64,000 nucleotides of DNA. It comes from Eledone cirrhosa (Eukaryota). Below are positions 1 to 11,920 of this stretch, one piece after another. The notes under the pieces were generated by a model. The model made no database searches and was not told the origin of the DNA. It saw only the letters and a list, made by a program, of their open reading frames with translations. The stretch is taken from the NCBI GenBank assembly GCA_964016885.1, contig OZ024741.1:173724001-173788000 (forward strand), given 5' to 3'. A program made the translations under genes and the position numbers. Every line of letters begins with the position of its first letter. Position 1 is the first letter of the stretch.

Positions 1-51
1 CTTGTAGAATACTTGTATTTCACATGGCTGCTTGGATCTCATTCTCAAGAT
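1..51 (-). other. possible exon fragment of an unidentified minus-strand host gene
   Basis: On the minus strand a pyrimidine-rich acceptor TTGTTTTCTGTATAACAG precedes position 51, and one frame (ILRMRSKQPCEIQVFYK) is open to the window edge. No homology recognised. Confidence 0.2.
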
Positions 52-249
52 CTGTTATACAGAAAACAAATAATCAATAGTATTAAAGAAACATCAAGTA
101 TGCACACACACTACAAACATGCATCAATATATATATGCATATTCATACATACACATTCATATATTCTTACATACGCACATATATATACACAATATACATA
201 TATCCATACACACACGTCAAACTATATTAACATTGACAACAAACTATGA

Positions 250-1870
250 TTTGTTGGATTATTATTTAATGAATAATGAACACTGACAAATGTAAGAAAG
301 ATAAGTCTACCTCTGAAGTTCGGCCATATTGCCATGCAAGGTGAGAATATTTACTGCGACCCAGTTCAACACCAGGTCTGCAGTAAATGAACATAGTCAA
401 TAGTTCGTCCTCTACAAGTCACAGGTAATGCTCTACATAGCTCCCCTTCAGAAGTGTTAACTGTTATTGGAACCAATAAGGTGTTTTTACCACCCCTTTT
501 AGTGTGTTTAGTTACTTGATTCTTTAGCAACTGTTTATCATTAGGGTTCGGTGTGACTTGCCTAGTACAGCCTCAGGTTTGGTTTGGTTTGGTGGGTGAG
601 TGACTTGAATAGGGCCATCAATGTTGAGATGGGCTGGCTTCAATCCATCTATGGAAACTGTGTCTTGTAGTCCTCCTATCAAGAGCTGAAATGATTAGTT
701 CTCTGGATGAATCACTTTGCATGGCCCATCAATGGGTGACTGAGGGAGGTTTTGCCATGCATCGCAACAAATCAAAATAAACTTTGCTTTATAGATCTTT
801 GGTGTACCGTGTGTTGACATGGGGGTCAAGCGTAACTGGCCCATTTCTCAGCCGTTTAAGATACATTTTAGCATCGGAGTCTAATTTCTTGTTTGGCATG
901 AATTCATCAGGTACAGTAAATGGGGTGTTGTACACCATTTCTGCAGATAAAGTGTTAAGGTCTTTCTTTGGGGCAATGCAGATTCTTAGCCCCACCCATG
1001 ATAGTTGGTTGATTTAGTTGGGTCCATTAAGTCTAATGATGAGGGGCTCTTTCAAGTGGCAGTGAAATTGCTCCATCCAGCTGTTGGCTTGGGGGTGACA
1101 GGTTGTTGTGTGTTTCATATTGATGCCAAAAAGCTGACACGTCATTTGAGTTGAATTGAGGTCTGCTGTCTGACGAGATGCTTTCTGGGACACTGAAATG
1201 GGTGACCCAGTTTGTAACAAAGGCACAGGTGATTTCTAGTGTTTCTGTAATGCTGAACGACATGGCCTCAGGCCAATACATGAAGCAGTCCACCATTATC
1301 CACAGGTATGAGCAACCCAGCAAAGGTGGTAGAGGACCAACGAGGTCAATGTTGATTCTGTATGCTGATGTATTTTAGCTTGTTGGTAGAGGATACAGGT
1401 TTTGGTCTACTGTCCAATTTGCTTGGCCATACCATACCAGACAATTTGGCATGACATCAGGTGATGTGTGCCTCTGGTACCAGGGTAGGAGAGTCTGTGA
1501 ATCATGTCAAAAACTTTATGATTCCAGGTTAATTTAAAGATTGGTCATGGTTTCCCAAAGGAGCGTTGTTCCATTGGAGTCAAAATGTATATCATGCAAG
1601 GAAAGAGAAGTGACAGTAGGCCCAGACATCATCATCTTTTTGTTGAGCTACAGTCATAGCCTCATAGTTGAGACCTTCTTTTATCGAGGCTATGTGGCTG
1701 TCAGAATCAATAGGGGCTTGTGAGAGTGCATCAGCAATGAATGATGAACATTGATAAATGTAAGAAAGATAAGTCTACAGCTGAAGTTTGGCCATATTGC
1801 CATGCAAGCTGGGAATATTTACTGCCACCCAGTTCAATAGCAGGTTCAGAGTAAATGAACACAGTTCAAA
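250..1870 (-). mobile_element. decayed, internally deleted Gypsy LTR retrotransposon (integrase remnant between LTR-like repeats)
   Basis: Integrase-like peptides (VDCFMYWPEA, WVTHFSVPESISSD, HPQANSWMEQFHCHLK, AEMVY) with stops and frameshifts. Direct repeats of ~130 bp lie at ~268-400 and ~1737-1870. On the minus strand a PPT-like CTGAAGGGGAGCTA is followed by TGTAG at 437. Confidence 0.75.
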
Positions 1871-1904
1871 TGTAATTCCTTCCAGCCTAAAGGGACATCG
1901 CCAT

Positions 1905-2460
1905 AATAAAAAGCTGAGGAGTTAAGAAGTTTACTTTACAATTACAGGCTCCCATGACAGTAGGAATTCAAACTCTTCATATTAAATAGCTGAAGGGTTA
2001 AGAAATTCACTTTGCAATTACAAGGTCTCATGACACTAGGAATTTAGCCTCTTCACATTAAAAAACTGAGAGGTTAAGAAGTTCACTTAGAAATTATGAG
2101 GTCTCAGATTTGAACCCACTCTATGGAATCTTGGGCAAGTCTGTTGTTGTTACTCATTTTCCCACAGCTGTATGAAATGAAGCATATTGCTCAAGAACAT
2201 AATGCAGTCTGATCCAGGAATTGAACTCATGACCTTATGACCACAAGTCAAGCACCCTAACACTATGCTATGCATATTGATCCAATCTTTGTGAGTGAAT
2301 TTGGGTAGATGGATTGGCTGTAACTATATCTGAAAGGTCCAACCTTGTCATACACTGTGTCATGTTGATTCTGCCTGAGAATTATGTTAAAGGTACATAT
2401 ATCTGTGAAATACTCTGCCACTTACACTATAATACAAGATCAACTATACCTATAATTTAA
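1905..2460. repeat. cluster of degenerate tRNA-derived SINEs with a triplicated ~76-bp head
   Basis: Three tandem copies of GCTGAGG.GTTAAGAAGTTCACTT..CAATTAC at ~1908-2100, a TTGGGCAAGT core, and a reverse SINE piece with a B-box-like GGAATTGAACTC at ~2170-2270. Confidence 0.55.
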
Positions 2461-2681
2461 CCCTTTAGCATTTACATTACTCCATATTTACTATTTTTTT
2501 TCACCGTAAACTCTTTATTTCACATAATTATCTCACCTAATATCAAATCTATGAGATTTTGATATTATTTATTTTGAGAACAATACCTTAACCTCAATAT
2601 GAGCAGCCAGTTACAGCAGGTTTTGAACAAAAAGAGGTGAGAGAATTCTGGCTGAATACAACTGGTTTAAATGCTAAAGGC
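2461..2681 (+). mobile_element. TTAA-inserting (piggyBac-like) MITE
   Basis: TTAA|CCCTTTAGCATTT...AAATGCTAAAGGC|TTAA. Same family as 4064-4272, 8455-8673 and 28620-28828. Confidence 0.75.
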
Positions 2682-3199
2682 TTAAAGTCCAGCCTCAACA
2701 CACTGTATCATGGTGAATCTCCCTAAGAATCACGTTATGGGTAAATACTCACCCACTTCACAAATTGAACATTTAGCTTATGAAACAACTGAATGTTCAT
2801 CATTGAAATCAACAGAACATCGATCATTAAAAAGCTAAAGTACCATGGGAGTACCAAATAAGAAATGTCTAGCTAACTGAAGGGATTAGCAGAACAGTGA
2901 TTAACCCTTTTCATACCAAACTGTCTCTGGTTCTACAAATTCATTCTTCAACATACACACCTTGAAGTAAAAAAAGTTCACAAGTTCTTAACACTTTCTA
3001 TGACAACCATAGCTTAAAACATTTCAGTATATTGTGTGGTGTATGGAACAGCAATTAGAGCAACAGCATTTTTAGTTCATACCATATAGGTGTGGTATAA
3101 TCATTATGTATCACATACACGAGTGTGTGTCCATGAAACTTCTATACATACAAGGTCCAAACACAAAAGAACCACACTCCCACTGCCTCTGTCTCTCCT

Positions 3200-3900
3200 G
3201 CTCTCCCCATCTCTCACTATAATGAGTAAATGGAGCTCCATGCGCTGGCCTCCCTGCAGCCATGGCTGACAGAATGGAGAAGGCGCTTCCCCAGAGGATG
3301 GTGAGGGAGACATGCTATAAGAGCCATTCCAGTTTGCAAGGCTCACACCTGCAGGTAGCCAAATCTGTGCCAATGGAGGTGGTCCTACAGCCAAAGACAT
3401 TAGAAGTCTCCATAGCCTTCTTTTCAATTGATAAAAGAACACCTGGAATTGTGGTTTCAGAAGTATCACTTGCAACAGGTAGTGAAATTTTAGCTAAGAC
3501 AGGTGAACAAGAAACATTAACCATTGAAGCTTTTAACAGATGATTATCATCCAAATATAAGATTTAATAGGGTTGGATTCAATCCAAAAGAGGAGGCCCT
3601 CATTAGAGAAGTAATTAAACAAACCTAGTAATAGCTGTAGTAGTTGCATTACTAGGTGCTGGGTAATTAGCAAGGAGTTTCAATCTTTCCAGGTCAGGCT
3701 GGAGAGATTTATTTTCTAATTTGTATCCACGGTAACAAATGGATGTATGGTGAAGAAGACATTTTTCATTGATCAATGTAATGTTGATTCTCTCACTAAA
3801 CTGAAATAAACTGAGCCAAATTCCCATCATACTTCTCAATATTTTGCCAATGACAATAACATTGCTTAGATAAGTGTTAATTCATTTCATATTGTTGGTA
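3200..3900 (-). mobile_element. degenerate Gypsy pol remnant
   Basis: ORF 3615-3839 reads NITLINEKC...ICYRGYKLENKSLQPDLERLKLLANYPAPSN, matching the RT thumb / RT-RNase H connection of Gypsy pol. Confidence 0.6.
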
Positions 3901-3914
3901 ATAATAGGGTAGCT

Positions 3915-4340
3915 GATTGGCAAATCGGATGAAATGTATTGCAGTAGTTCATTATGGCATTTTATATTCTGGTTTCAAATCCCACCTAGGTCAATTCTGC
4001 CTTTCTTCCTTTCGGGATTAATAAAATAAAGTGCCAGTCAACTACTGGTGTCAATTTAATTAACCCTTTAGCATTCACATTACTCTATATATACTATTAT
4101 ATTTTGATGGTAAAGGCTTTACCTCACATAATATCTCACATAATATTGAATCTATGAGATTTTGAAAGTATTTATTTTCAGAACAATACCTTAACATCAG
4201 TTTGAACGACCAGTTACAGCCAGTTTCAACAGAAAGAGGTAGAGAATTCTGGCCGGTTTGAACATTAAAGGGTTAACGTTCTCCCCCCCCCCCTTTCCAC
4301 AAAGTTGCTGGCCTTGTGCCCAAATTAGAAACCATTGTTG
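3915..4340 (+). mobile_element. tRNA-derived SINE interrupted by a MITE
   Basis: B-box-like GGTTTCAAATCCC, core GCCTTTC.TCCTTTCGGG.TTAATAAAATAAAGTGCCAGT. The tail GCTGGCCTTGTGCC resumes after the MITE at 4277. Confidence 0.7.
4064..4272 (+). mobile_element. TTAA-inserting (piggyBac-like) MITE nested in a SINE
   Basis: TTAA at 4060-4063 and 4273-4276; TIR CCCTTTAGCATTCA / TGAACATTAAAGGG. Confidence 0.8.
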
Positions 4341-4459
4341 GTAATATACCAACCATCACTCTTTGAAAAGTGTTTACAGCATTAACTACACCAAGAGTGA
4401 CTAGAATACACACCCATACTCTTTGGTATGATTAACCTTTTGATACCAACTTGTGGGAG

Positions 4460-5035
4460 TATTGCCAAGTAGTGTATGTTTGTTTTGTGGACCTCAAAAA
4501 GGCATATGATCATGTTCCACAGGATTTGTTGAGGGAGGTTCTGCATGGGATCAGCATATATCTTCTTGTTGCGTTAAAGCCCTTATATAAATGTCCTTGA
4601 AGTCCCTATATAATTACCTATTTGGATAATTGGTGCAAAGCCGAAACCATTCATTGTGAGTGTCGGACTCTGCCAAGAGTGTGTATTGTTGCTTCTCCTA
4701 TTCATTATCATCATAAACAGGCTGGAAGGGGTATCAAAACTGAAGGATGTAAGATCAGTAAGCCGGAATTTATAGATGACATGGTGCTACTTAATTTGTT
4801 GGAAGTTAATTAACAAGTACTGAGAGGATTTATACTGAAGCAGGTGGAGAAGTTGTCTTGTGGCTATTTTCACAAGTGATAGAGAGCAGGTCGGAGAATT
4901 AACCACAAGAATTGCTGGAGCTGGTGTAATAATGCACTAGCTTCAGCACTTAGTCATCAAAAGAAAAGAGGTAGGTGAAAAGCCAAACTCATTATCTTCA
5001 ATTCACTCTTCATGCTTGCCCTTACCTATGAATTT
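4460..5035 (+). mobile_element. RTE-clade LINE reverse transcriptase remnant
   Basis: FVDLKKAYDHVPQDLLREVL, Q.C.L..LLF, FIDDMVLL and RIAGAG motifs with stops and frameshifts. Confidence 0.7.
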
Positions 5036-5584
5036 TGAGTAATATGGTAACAAAAGGGTTAATGCTATAAACACTTTTCATATTGTGATGGTCTGTATAA
5101 TTACTCACGATGATATCAAAGAAATCCACATCTATCTTGATAATGTTATTGACATTGGTAAAAATATTAAGGGGTACATAGTGTATAAAGAATCACATCC
5201 TCCAATGCTTCCTTCCCTCTTTTAAGATGGTGGAGTGTAAGCTGAGGAAAATGTCGCTCCAGTTTTTAGCCAGTTCAGTAAAAATATTTGAATACATCAC
5301 ATATATGTAGCCAATCTCTTGAACCTTTACAAAGTGCTGAGGAGATAAAGTTAAGAGTGACATGCTCATGCACAGAAATGCTATAAAATAGCTTATAAAA
5401 TAGGGTGAAGACCCTAAGAGTCGTTAAAAGAAGTCGCCATCGGCCGCTACAAGGGATCAAATCTCTAATCTCTAATCTCGCAGATACTGGCTAGGCACTT
5501 TCACAGTTTGTTCCTAAATGTGACATGGCTGGAGTCTTTCAATTACAGGTACAGTACATCTTGTATTATAGTGCAAGTAGTTAT

Positions 5585-5790
5585 GGCAGTGGATTGGTAG
5601 AATCGGTAGAGAATCGGACGCCATGATTTACGGCATAGAGTTGCGGCCCTTTATGTTCTAAGTTCAAATCCTTTCATGCTTAGAGGGGTCGATAAAATAA
5701 AGTACCAGTCACGCACTGGGGTCGATATAATTGACTTTCCCCTCCAAAAAAATTGCTGGCCTTGTGCCTATATATAAGAAACCATTATAG
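5585..5790 (+). mobile_element. tRNA-derived SINE
   Basis: GGCAGTGGATTGGTAGAATCGGTAGAG head, GTTCAAATCC B box, GGGGTCGATAAAATAAAGTACCAGT core, GCTGGCCTTGTGCC tail. Confidence 0.75.
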
Positions 5791-6119
5791 TGTAAGTGGT
5801 TGAGTATGCTCCAGATATGTGTACCCTTAATATCATTTTCAGGTAGAATCAGCAGGACAGTGTGTGACAAGGCTAGACCTTTCAATTACAAGGTAGAGTC
5901 CATCTGAGATTGTAGTGTAACTGGCTGAATATTCCACAGATAACATCTACCTTTAAAGTAATTCTCAAGCAGAAGCAGCATAACAAGGTTGGAGCTTTCA
6001 ATTACAGGTATAGTCCACCCATCTACCCAGTTCCACTCACAAAGCTTGGGTCAATGTGCATAGCTTAGTGGTAGGGTGCTTGACTCATGGTCATAAGGTC
6101 ATGAGTTTGATTTATATAT

Positions 6120-6560
6120 ATTAGGAGATTACATTGGTATGGACATGTGATGCGTATGAAGGATGACAGCTGCATAAAAAGGTGCAGAGCACTAAAAGTC
6201 GGTGGAAACCTTTGAGTGGAGAGACCCAAGAAGACCTGGGATGAGGTGATAAAAGCTGACCTTGTCAAAGCCGAAGCATAGACAGTATCCCCCTCCCCCC
6301 TGTAAAGTGGTTGTGTAGGTGTCACAACAAAAAAGCACCCAGTCTACACTGTAAAGTGTTTGTGTAGGCGCCACAATAAAAAGGTACCCAGTATTCACTG
6401 TAAATGAGGTTGGTGTTAGGAAGGCCATCCAGCTGTAGAAATCAAGCCAAAATCAGTTCTGTATGAGCAAGATATGGTCACCTGACCTGGCATTGCCCAC
6501 AACAGGACAACTCGTCTAACCCATGCTAGCGTGGAAGAATGGACGTAAAACAGTGATGTG
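6120..6560 (+). mobile_element. RTE LINE 3' end and RTE-tail repeat
   Basis: RRLHWYGHVMRMKDDSCIKRCR...RPKKTWDEVIKADL, then a tail ending CCCATGCTAGCGTGGAAGAATGGACGTAAAA. Confidence 0.7.
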
Positions 6561-6854
6561 CTGCTTTCCTTAACCAATAAATAGAGCAACATTATCGATG
6601 AGAAACATTCATTTGGTGTTTTTTTGGCAAGGTTTTCATCTTAGTTTAGTTGTTTCCTGCTTTTACAGTTATGATCTGTATGAATTTCAATTTATAATTT
6701 TCACATTTTGAAACTGAATCTTGCTCTTTTGCTGCACACCTCATTGCGCTGGAGACTCACTGTTTGTGAACAACTAATGTAGAGTCCCTATTGCTAGCTT
6801 GTAGAGAATAGATTGTTGCAAAGTGTGTGCTCTATCAGAGATAACGTATAAGTG

Positions 6855-7250
6855 ATCATCCTCATCATTTTACATCCATTTTCCACACTAGCATAGATTA
6901 GACAGGTTGTCCTGTTGTAGGTAATGCTAGGTCAGGTGACCATATCTTGCTCATACAGAACTGATTTTGTCTTGGTTTCTACAGCTGGATGCCCTTTCTA
7001 ACACCAACCTCATTTACAGTAAGTACTGGGTGCTTTTTGTCATGACACCTACATGACCACTGTACAGTGTGGGCTGGGTGCTTTTTGCTGTGATACCTAC
7101 ATGACCACTTTGCAGTGTGGTCTGGGTGATTTTTGTCATGACACCTGCACGACCACTTTACAGTGTGGTCTGGGTGCTTTTTGTCATGACACCTGCATGA
7201 CCACTATACAGTGTGGGCTGGGTGCTTTTTATCATGGCTCCTACACGAGT
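6855..7250 (-). mobile_element. inverted second copy of the RTE-tail repeat with a 48-bp minisatellite
   Basis: Reverse complement of 6300-6560. A 48-bp unit starts at 7026, 7074, 7122, 7170 and 7218. Confidence 0.75.
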
Positions 7251-7727
7251 GATATCATATAGAAATAATAATCTGAATTAAGAATTCCAAATAAACTGGA
7301 GAGCATGATGAATACTTTTGATCTGCGTTTGTAGTAGGCTGAACATAAACTTATAAATGTATTTCATCGTGCCTTCTAATTCCATGTTGTTGAATAATAT
7401 TATTCATGATAATGTCATAAATATTTTTCTACAGGCGTATCATGTCATTTCTAACTCTATGAATTGTGAAAAAATATTAAATAATAATTTCATCAACATA
7501 ATCATAATCTACACATTCATGAACATATCTCTGTAAACTTCCATTAAAAAATATACATTATTAAGAAAGTAAATAATATGTACTGGCTTTATGAAACTTA
7601 GTCATTTACTGCATACCTCACAATGCTTCAAATTAACTATACTAGTACATAATATATTTTTTGTTCTAGCTCTACACTATTTCATTTGTTGTCTTATACT
7701 TGAATCATGTAACATAAGGTTATTAAA

Positions 7728-7918
7728 ATAATTGTTTCTACTTATGGCACAAGGCCAGCAATTATCTCAGTATATTACTGGTACTTTATTTTATCGATCC
7801 CGTAAGGATGAAAGGCAAAGTTAACTTCGGTGGCATTTGAACACAGACCATAAAGGGCCATAACCCTATGCTGCAAAGCATGGCGTCCGACCCTCTACCG
7901 ACATTGCCAATCCCCCGT
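7728..7918 (-). mobile_element. tRNA-derived SINE
   Basis: GGCACAAGGCCAGCAATT...ACTGGTACTTTATTTTATCGA...GGATGAAAGGCAAAGTTAAC...TTTGAAC; same family as 5585. Confidence 0.8.
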
Positions 7919-8454
7919 CCTTTTGTTTTTTACAGAAATAACGGGGCGATGGTGGTGGTAATGGTTAAAATATCAAAAACTTGAGAATGAGTACTCAAAT
8001 ATCACTTCTCCAATGATACAGGCCCTGACAGTGTGGACGTTGGTAAGAGAGACATGTTGAAATAGTCATTCCAGCCTGCAGGTGACCAACTCCATCCCAA
8101 TAGCTGTGAGTAAAGAAGAGGTGCAGGAACTAAGAACACTGGATGTCTCCACTGCTACAGATTCACCAACAAGAAAGTTATGAAGAAACTAAGTCAGATG
8201 GGGGTGAGGGGGATACCAAACTGGTAGATGTGCCAATTTCACTATAGTGAAAGACAATTGAAATTTAAAAATGTCAAGTAATTTAATCCCAAATGAAAGA
8301 TATGATCTCTCATACAAAACTATTTGATGCCTGAGAGCATGCTTGGTTATTCTACTAACTTGCTATCACCTGCAGCAATACTGCAAGTGTGTTGGCTTAT
8401 CTTAAATATTCTTAGGATTGAGGATATAGGTCTTCTCCCATTTCACTTGTTTAA

Positions 8455-8673
8455 CCCTTTAATGTTCAAACCGGCAAAAACCGGTCAGAATTCTCTACCC
8501 CTTTCTGTTGAAACTGGCTGTAACTGGTCACTCAAACTGATGTTAAGGTATTGTTCTCAAAATAAATACTTTCAAAATCTCATAGATTCGATATTATGAG
8601 AAATATTATGTGAGGTAAAGCCTTTACCATGAAAATATAATAGTATATATAGAGTAATGTGAATGCTAAAGGG
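8455..8673 (-). mobile_element. TTAA-inserting (piggyBac-like) MITE
   Basis: Near-identical reverse complement of 4064-4272, with TTAA on both sides. Confidence 0.8.
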
Positions 8674-8879
8674 TTAAAATATAAATTGTGTTTGTGTGTG
8701 TGCATTCTATTGAAATAAATTTATACAGGTGTTTGTAGATCAACTATAGAATATACTAGCTCTGTGTGGAACTCATATGCAAAGAAAACATTAACAATTT
8801 GGCAATTTGGAAAGAATACAAAGAAAGGTCTTCAACAAAACTGAATTTCACAGCTTACACCCTATGTAGGTTTAGCTGG

Positions 8880-9075
8880 CCTCCTAAGAGGTTAAATCTG
8901 ATAAGAGGTTTATTGGTTATTTTAATGATTAAGGACTCCAGTCCTGCCATGAAAAACAATGTGAAATGGAACATCTTGCTCAAAAACACAATGTGCTGCC
9001 CGGTTCAGGAATCGAACCTATGACCTTGTGATCGTGAGTCAAACACCATAACCACTGAGTCTATGTTCCTTTCAC
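8880..9075 (-). mobile_element. tRNA-derived SINE (second family)
   Basis: Reverse-strand A/B boxes (GGTTCGATTCC) and a TTGAGCAAGATG core. Confidence 0.6.
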
Positions 9076-9524
9076 ACGACATAACAAGATAATGAGTACA
9101 TTAGTGACAAAGTAGAGGAGAAAGGGTTAATGTCTTTAGAAATGTGAAAATCAAACTAAAGACTTTAACAAGATATAGAAAATAGTCAATGGTGTAGCTA
9201 GAGTGTGTGCCACTCAGAGCAGCCCTTGAGTTTGTCACCCCTATAGGCACCCACTTCCAAACAAAAAATACAACATATTGCTCAGTTATTCCCGTTGTGG
9301 GATTTGCCATTGTGCTTAAGCACAGGGGCCCGTTGGCCAGGGAGTGGGGACATCTTCCTGCCTCCCAAATCTTTTACAATGAATCTTTTTACGAGTAAGG
9401 AGCCTCATAACTTAATTAGCACAGAGCCTCATTTGTCCTAAATCTAGCACTGGCTTTCCCTATTAAAATAATATAAATACTGGAAGGGGTTACCATTATA
9501 ATATTACTTTCACACACTCTAAAG

Positions 9525-9818
9525 CAGTCATGGGCAACCTGCGGCCCGCGAAGCTTTCTGAATGGCTCGCCTAAGTCACCTAAGTCAAATCTTTCTGATT
9601 TTTTTACCCTAACTTTTCAGTCGTAATTTATCTTTCTATCATTTTTACGATCAAGGAAAACGTGTACGAATTCTGAAAAACAAATCAAAACAATCTGAGT
9701 TACTGCCCTTTTTTTAATGTGGGCACAAATGTAAATTAGCGCCTGTAATCCCCCCCCCCCCCCGATGTTGAGTCATATCTCATGCGACCCGCTTCTTGAA
9801 AAAGGTTGCCCATGCCTG
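9525..9818. mobile_element. hAT (Charlie-like) MITE
   Basis: TIRs CAGTCATGGGCAACC / GGTTGCCCATGCCTG, a perfect 8-bp TSD CTCTAAAG (9517-9524, 9819-9826), and a GCGGCCCGCG subterminal motif. Confidence 0.85.
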
Positions 9819-10949
9819 CTCTAAAGTATTCTTTGCATACAGACCAAACATACATGAACCTATACAGGCTTATATAACAGACCCAAATGTGCCACCCACA
9901 TAAAAGTGTCATTCGGGATTAAGCAGATACATAATACCATAACGCTAACCAACACACCACAAAGGATGCTGAATGGAGTATTTAGTTGAATAAGTGGTCT
10001 TGTTAGTCTTTTAATTAGTAACATCTTATCTCTCTATATATTTTATGTATATATATATATATAGGCAATCAGTCACACTGACAACACCTAGCCCATAGGC
10101 CACCTCTGAATCAAATATTTTCTATATTTTCACAACTTGTATCCTCTCGGATTGTGTTTACAATTATTCCTTTATTGTGTAACTATTATGCAACATAGAC
10201 CTGATGTTGTCGCCAGGATTCTACTTAACTTGGCCACTGAAATATATATACTGTTTACAACAATAAAACTTTGAAGGAAATTCACCAGTCTGGCCTCATG
10301 TCATTTTACGGCGATATCCAATTTTAGCGGCCTAAATGCCGCTTACTTGCTGTAGTTGCTGCTTACTTCAATGTATGAGGCTATTCCAACAAATTTACAT
10401 TCCCCTTTTTTTAGCCGTTAAAAGAAATATAGATTTATTTATTGTTTTTTTTTTGCGATTTATTTGCCACTGGGGCATAGATTTCTTTATTTGCCCCTTT
10501 TTGTTTGTTTGTTTTTTTTCGATTTATTAGCCTTTTGGGGTCACACACACCCCCGTAGAAAGTGTGCGACCTTTCTGCCAGGGAGCACAGAGAGAGGGGG
10601 TGCTCCCTTCTTCTCTTACCTGTACAAGCCGATATAGAGAGATGGCCCACTTACACGGGCCATTATTGCTACTTTCACCCATCTTTCATGGAATTGGCTG
10701 GGACTGACTGCCTTTTTCTCCACCTTGATCCTTCTTTCGAAGTGGTATCGGAAGAAGAGGACCATTTGTTGGCCGGCGACATATCCCCACAGTTTCCTCG
10801 TTGCAAATGCATCTGGGACATTTCTTTTCCAAGGGGTTTCCGTCCCGGAATCCGTGTCTGTAGAGCGTTTCCCGAATGGGCAGGGCCCCTCGGTATAATA
10901 GTAAGTATTAATGGTTGTAATAAAAATGCAATCAAAATGTAATAAATAC

Positions 10950-11085
10950 CTTCACTGATTTCTTTCCTTATATTATCAACAGAAGTTGGTATGTCACCCA
11001 AAGTTCGCTTTGTATGTTCCCGAATAGCAGTGAATTTTGATAAAACTGTTTCTAATTCCTTCTCCACAGTAAGACAAATATCCAT
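10950..11085 (-). pseudogene. RMND5: captured first coding exon of RMND5 (Gid2, CTLH/GID E3 ligase RING subunit), left-arm copy
   Basis: MDICLTVEKELETVLSKFTAIREHTKRTLGDIPTSVDNIRKEISE aligns by eye, without gaps, to the recalled RMND5A N-terminus MDQCVTVERELEKVLHKF...R.L...EI. It ends at a GAAG|GTATTT donor after 136 nt. Confidence 0.75.
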
Positions 11086-11258
11086 GTGTAGTCCAAAAAG
11101 ATATAAATCTTTAAAAAAATTATAATAATTCTTTATTATTATTTTCTTTTTCTGTAAATAATTATTTTTCTATATATCTCAAACCCTGCCAAACACCACA
11201 TCTGTCCATCTGTAAATTTAAATGACTGTTCTTTCATACTTATCCTCTTCAACTACAC

Positions 11259-11394
11259 ATGGATATTTGTCTTACTGTGGAGAAGGGATTAGAAACAGTT
11301 TTATCAAAATTCACTGCTATTCGGGAACATACAAAGCGAACTTTGGGTGACATACCAACTTCTGTTGATAATATAAGGAAAGAAATCAGTGAAG
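11259..11394 (+). pseudogene. RMND5: captured first coding exon of RMND5, right-arm copy (E10G variant)
   Basis: Inverted duplicate of 10950-11085. ATG at 11259, GT donor at 11395, followed by ~55 nt of AT-rich intron-like sequence. Confidence 0.75.
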
Positions 11395-11448
11395 GTATTT
11401 ATTACATTTTGATTGCATTTTTATTACAACCATTAATACTTACTATTA

Positions 11449-11920
11449 TACCGAGGGGCCCTGCCCATTCGGGAAACGCTCTACAGACACGGATTCCGGG
11501 ACGGAAACCCCTTGGAAAAGAAATGTCCCAGATGCGTTTGCAACGAGGAAACTGTGGGGATATGTCGCCGGCCAACAAATGGTCCTCTTCTTCCGATACC
11601 ACTTCGAAAGAAGGATCAAGGTGGAGAAAAAGGCTCTCAGTCCCAGCCAATTCCATGAAAGATGGGTGAAAGTAGCAATAATGGCCCGTGTAAGTGGGCC
11701 ATCTCTCTATATCGGCTTGTACAGGTAAGAGAAGAAGGGAGCACCCCCTCTCTCTGTGCTCCCTGGCAGAAAGGTCGCACACTTTCTACGGGGGTGTGTG
11801 TGACCCCAAAAGGCTAATAAATCGAAAAAAAAACAAACAAACAAACAAAAAAGGGGCAAATAAAGAAATCTATGCCCCAGTGGCAAATAAATCGCAAAAA
11901 AAAAAAACAATAAATAAATC
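11449..11920 (+). mobile_element. Tx1/L1-clade LINE 3' end (zf-RVT region, C-terminus and A-rich tail) inside the fold-back arm; mirror copy at ~10430-10895
   Basis: Alternative frames read YRGALPIRETLYRHG...KKCPRC..NEETV and FFRYHFERRIKVEKKALSPSQFHERWVKVAIMARV, followed by AATAAA and A-runs. Confidence 0.65.

Noticed and set aside
5109-5135. 27-nt minus-strand micro-exon before a GTGAGT donor
   Set aside because: Weak acceptor and no homology; not supportable.
7026-7247. 48-bp repeats as a CRISPR array
   Set aside because: The units are contiguous with no unique spacers, there are no cas genes, and the context is eukaryotic.
10675-11669. Pair of functional RMND5 paralogues
   Set aside because: Similarity stops at the first donor, the rest of each ORF is intron-like and LINE sequence, and no further RMND5 exons were recognised.
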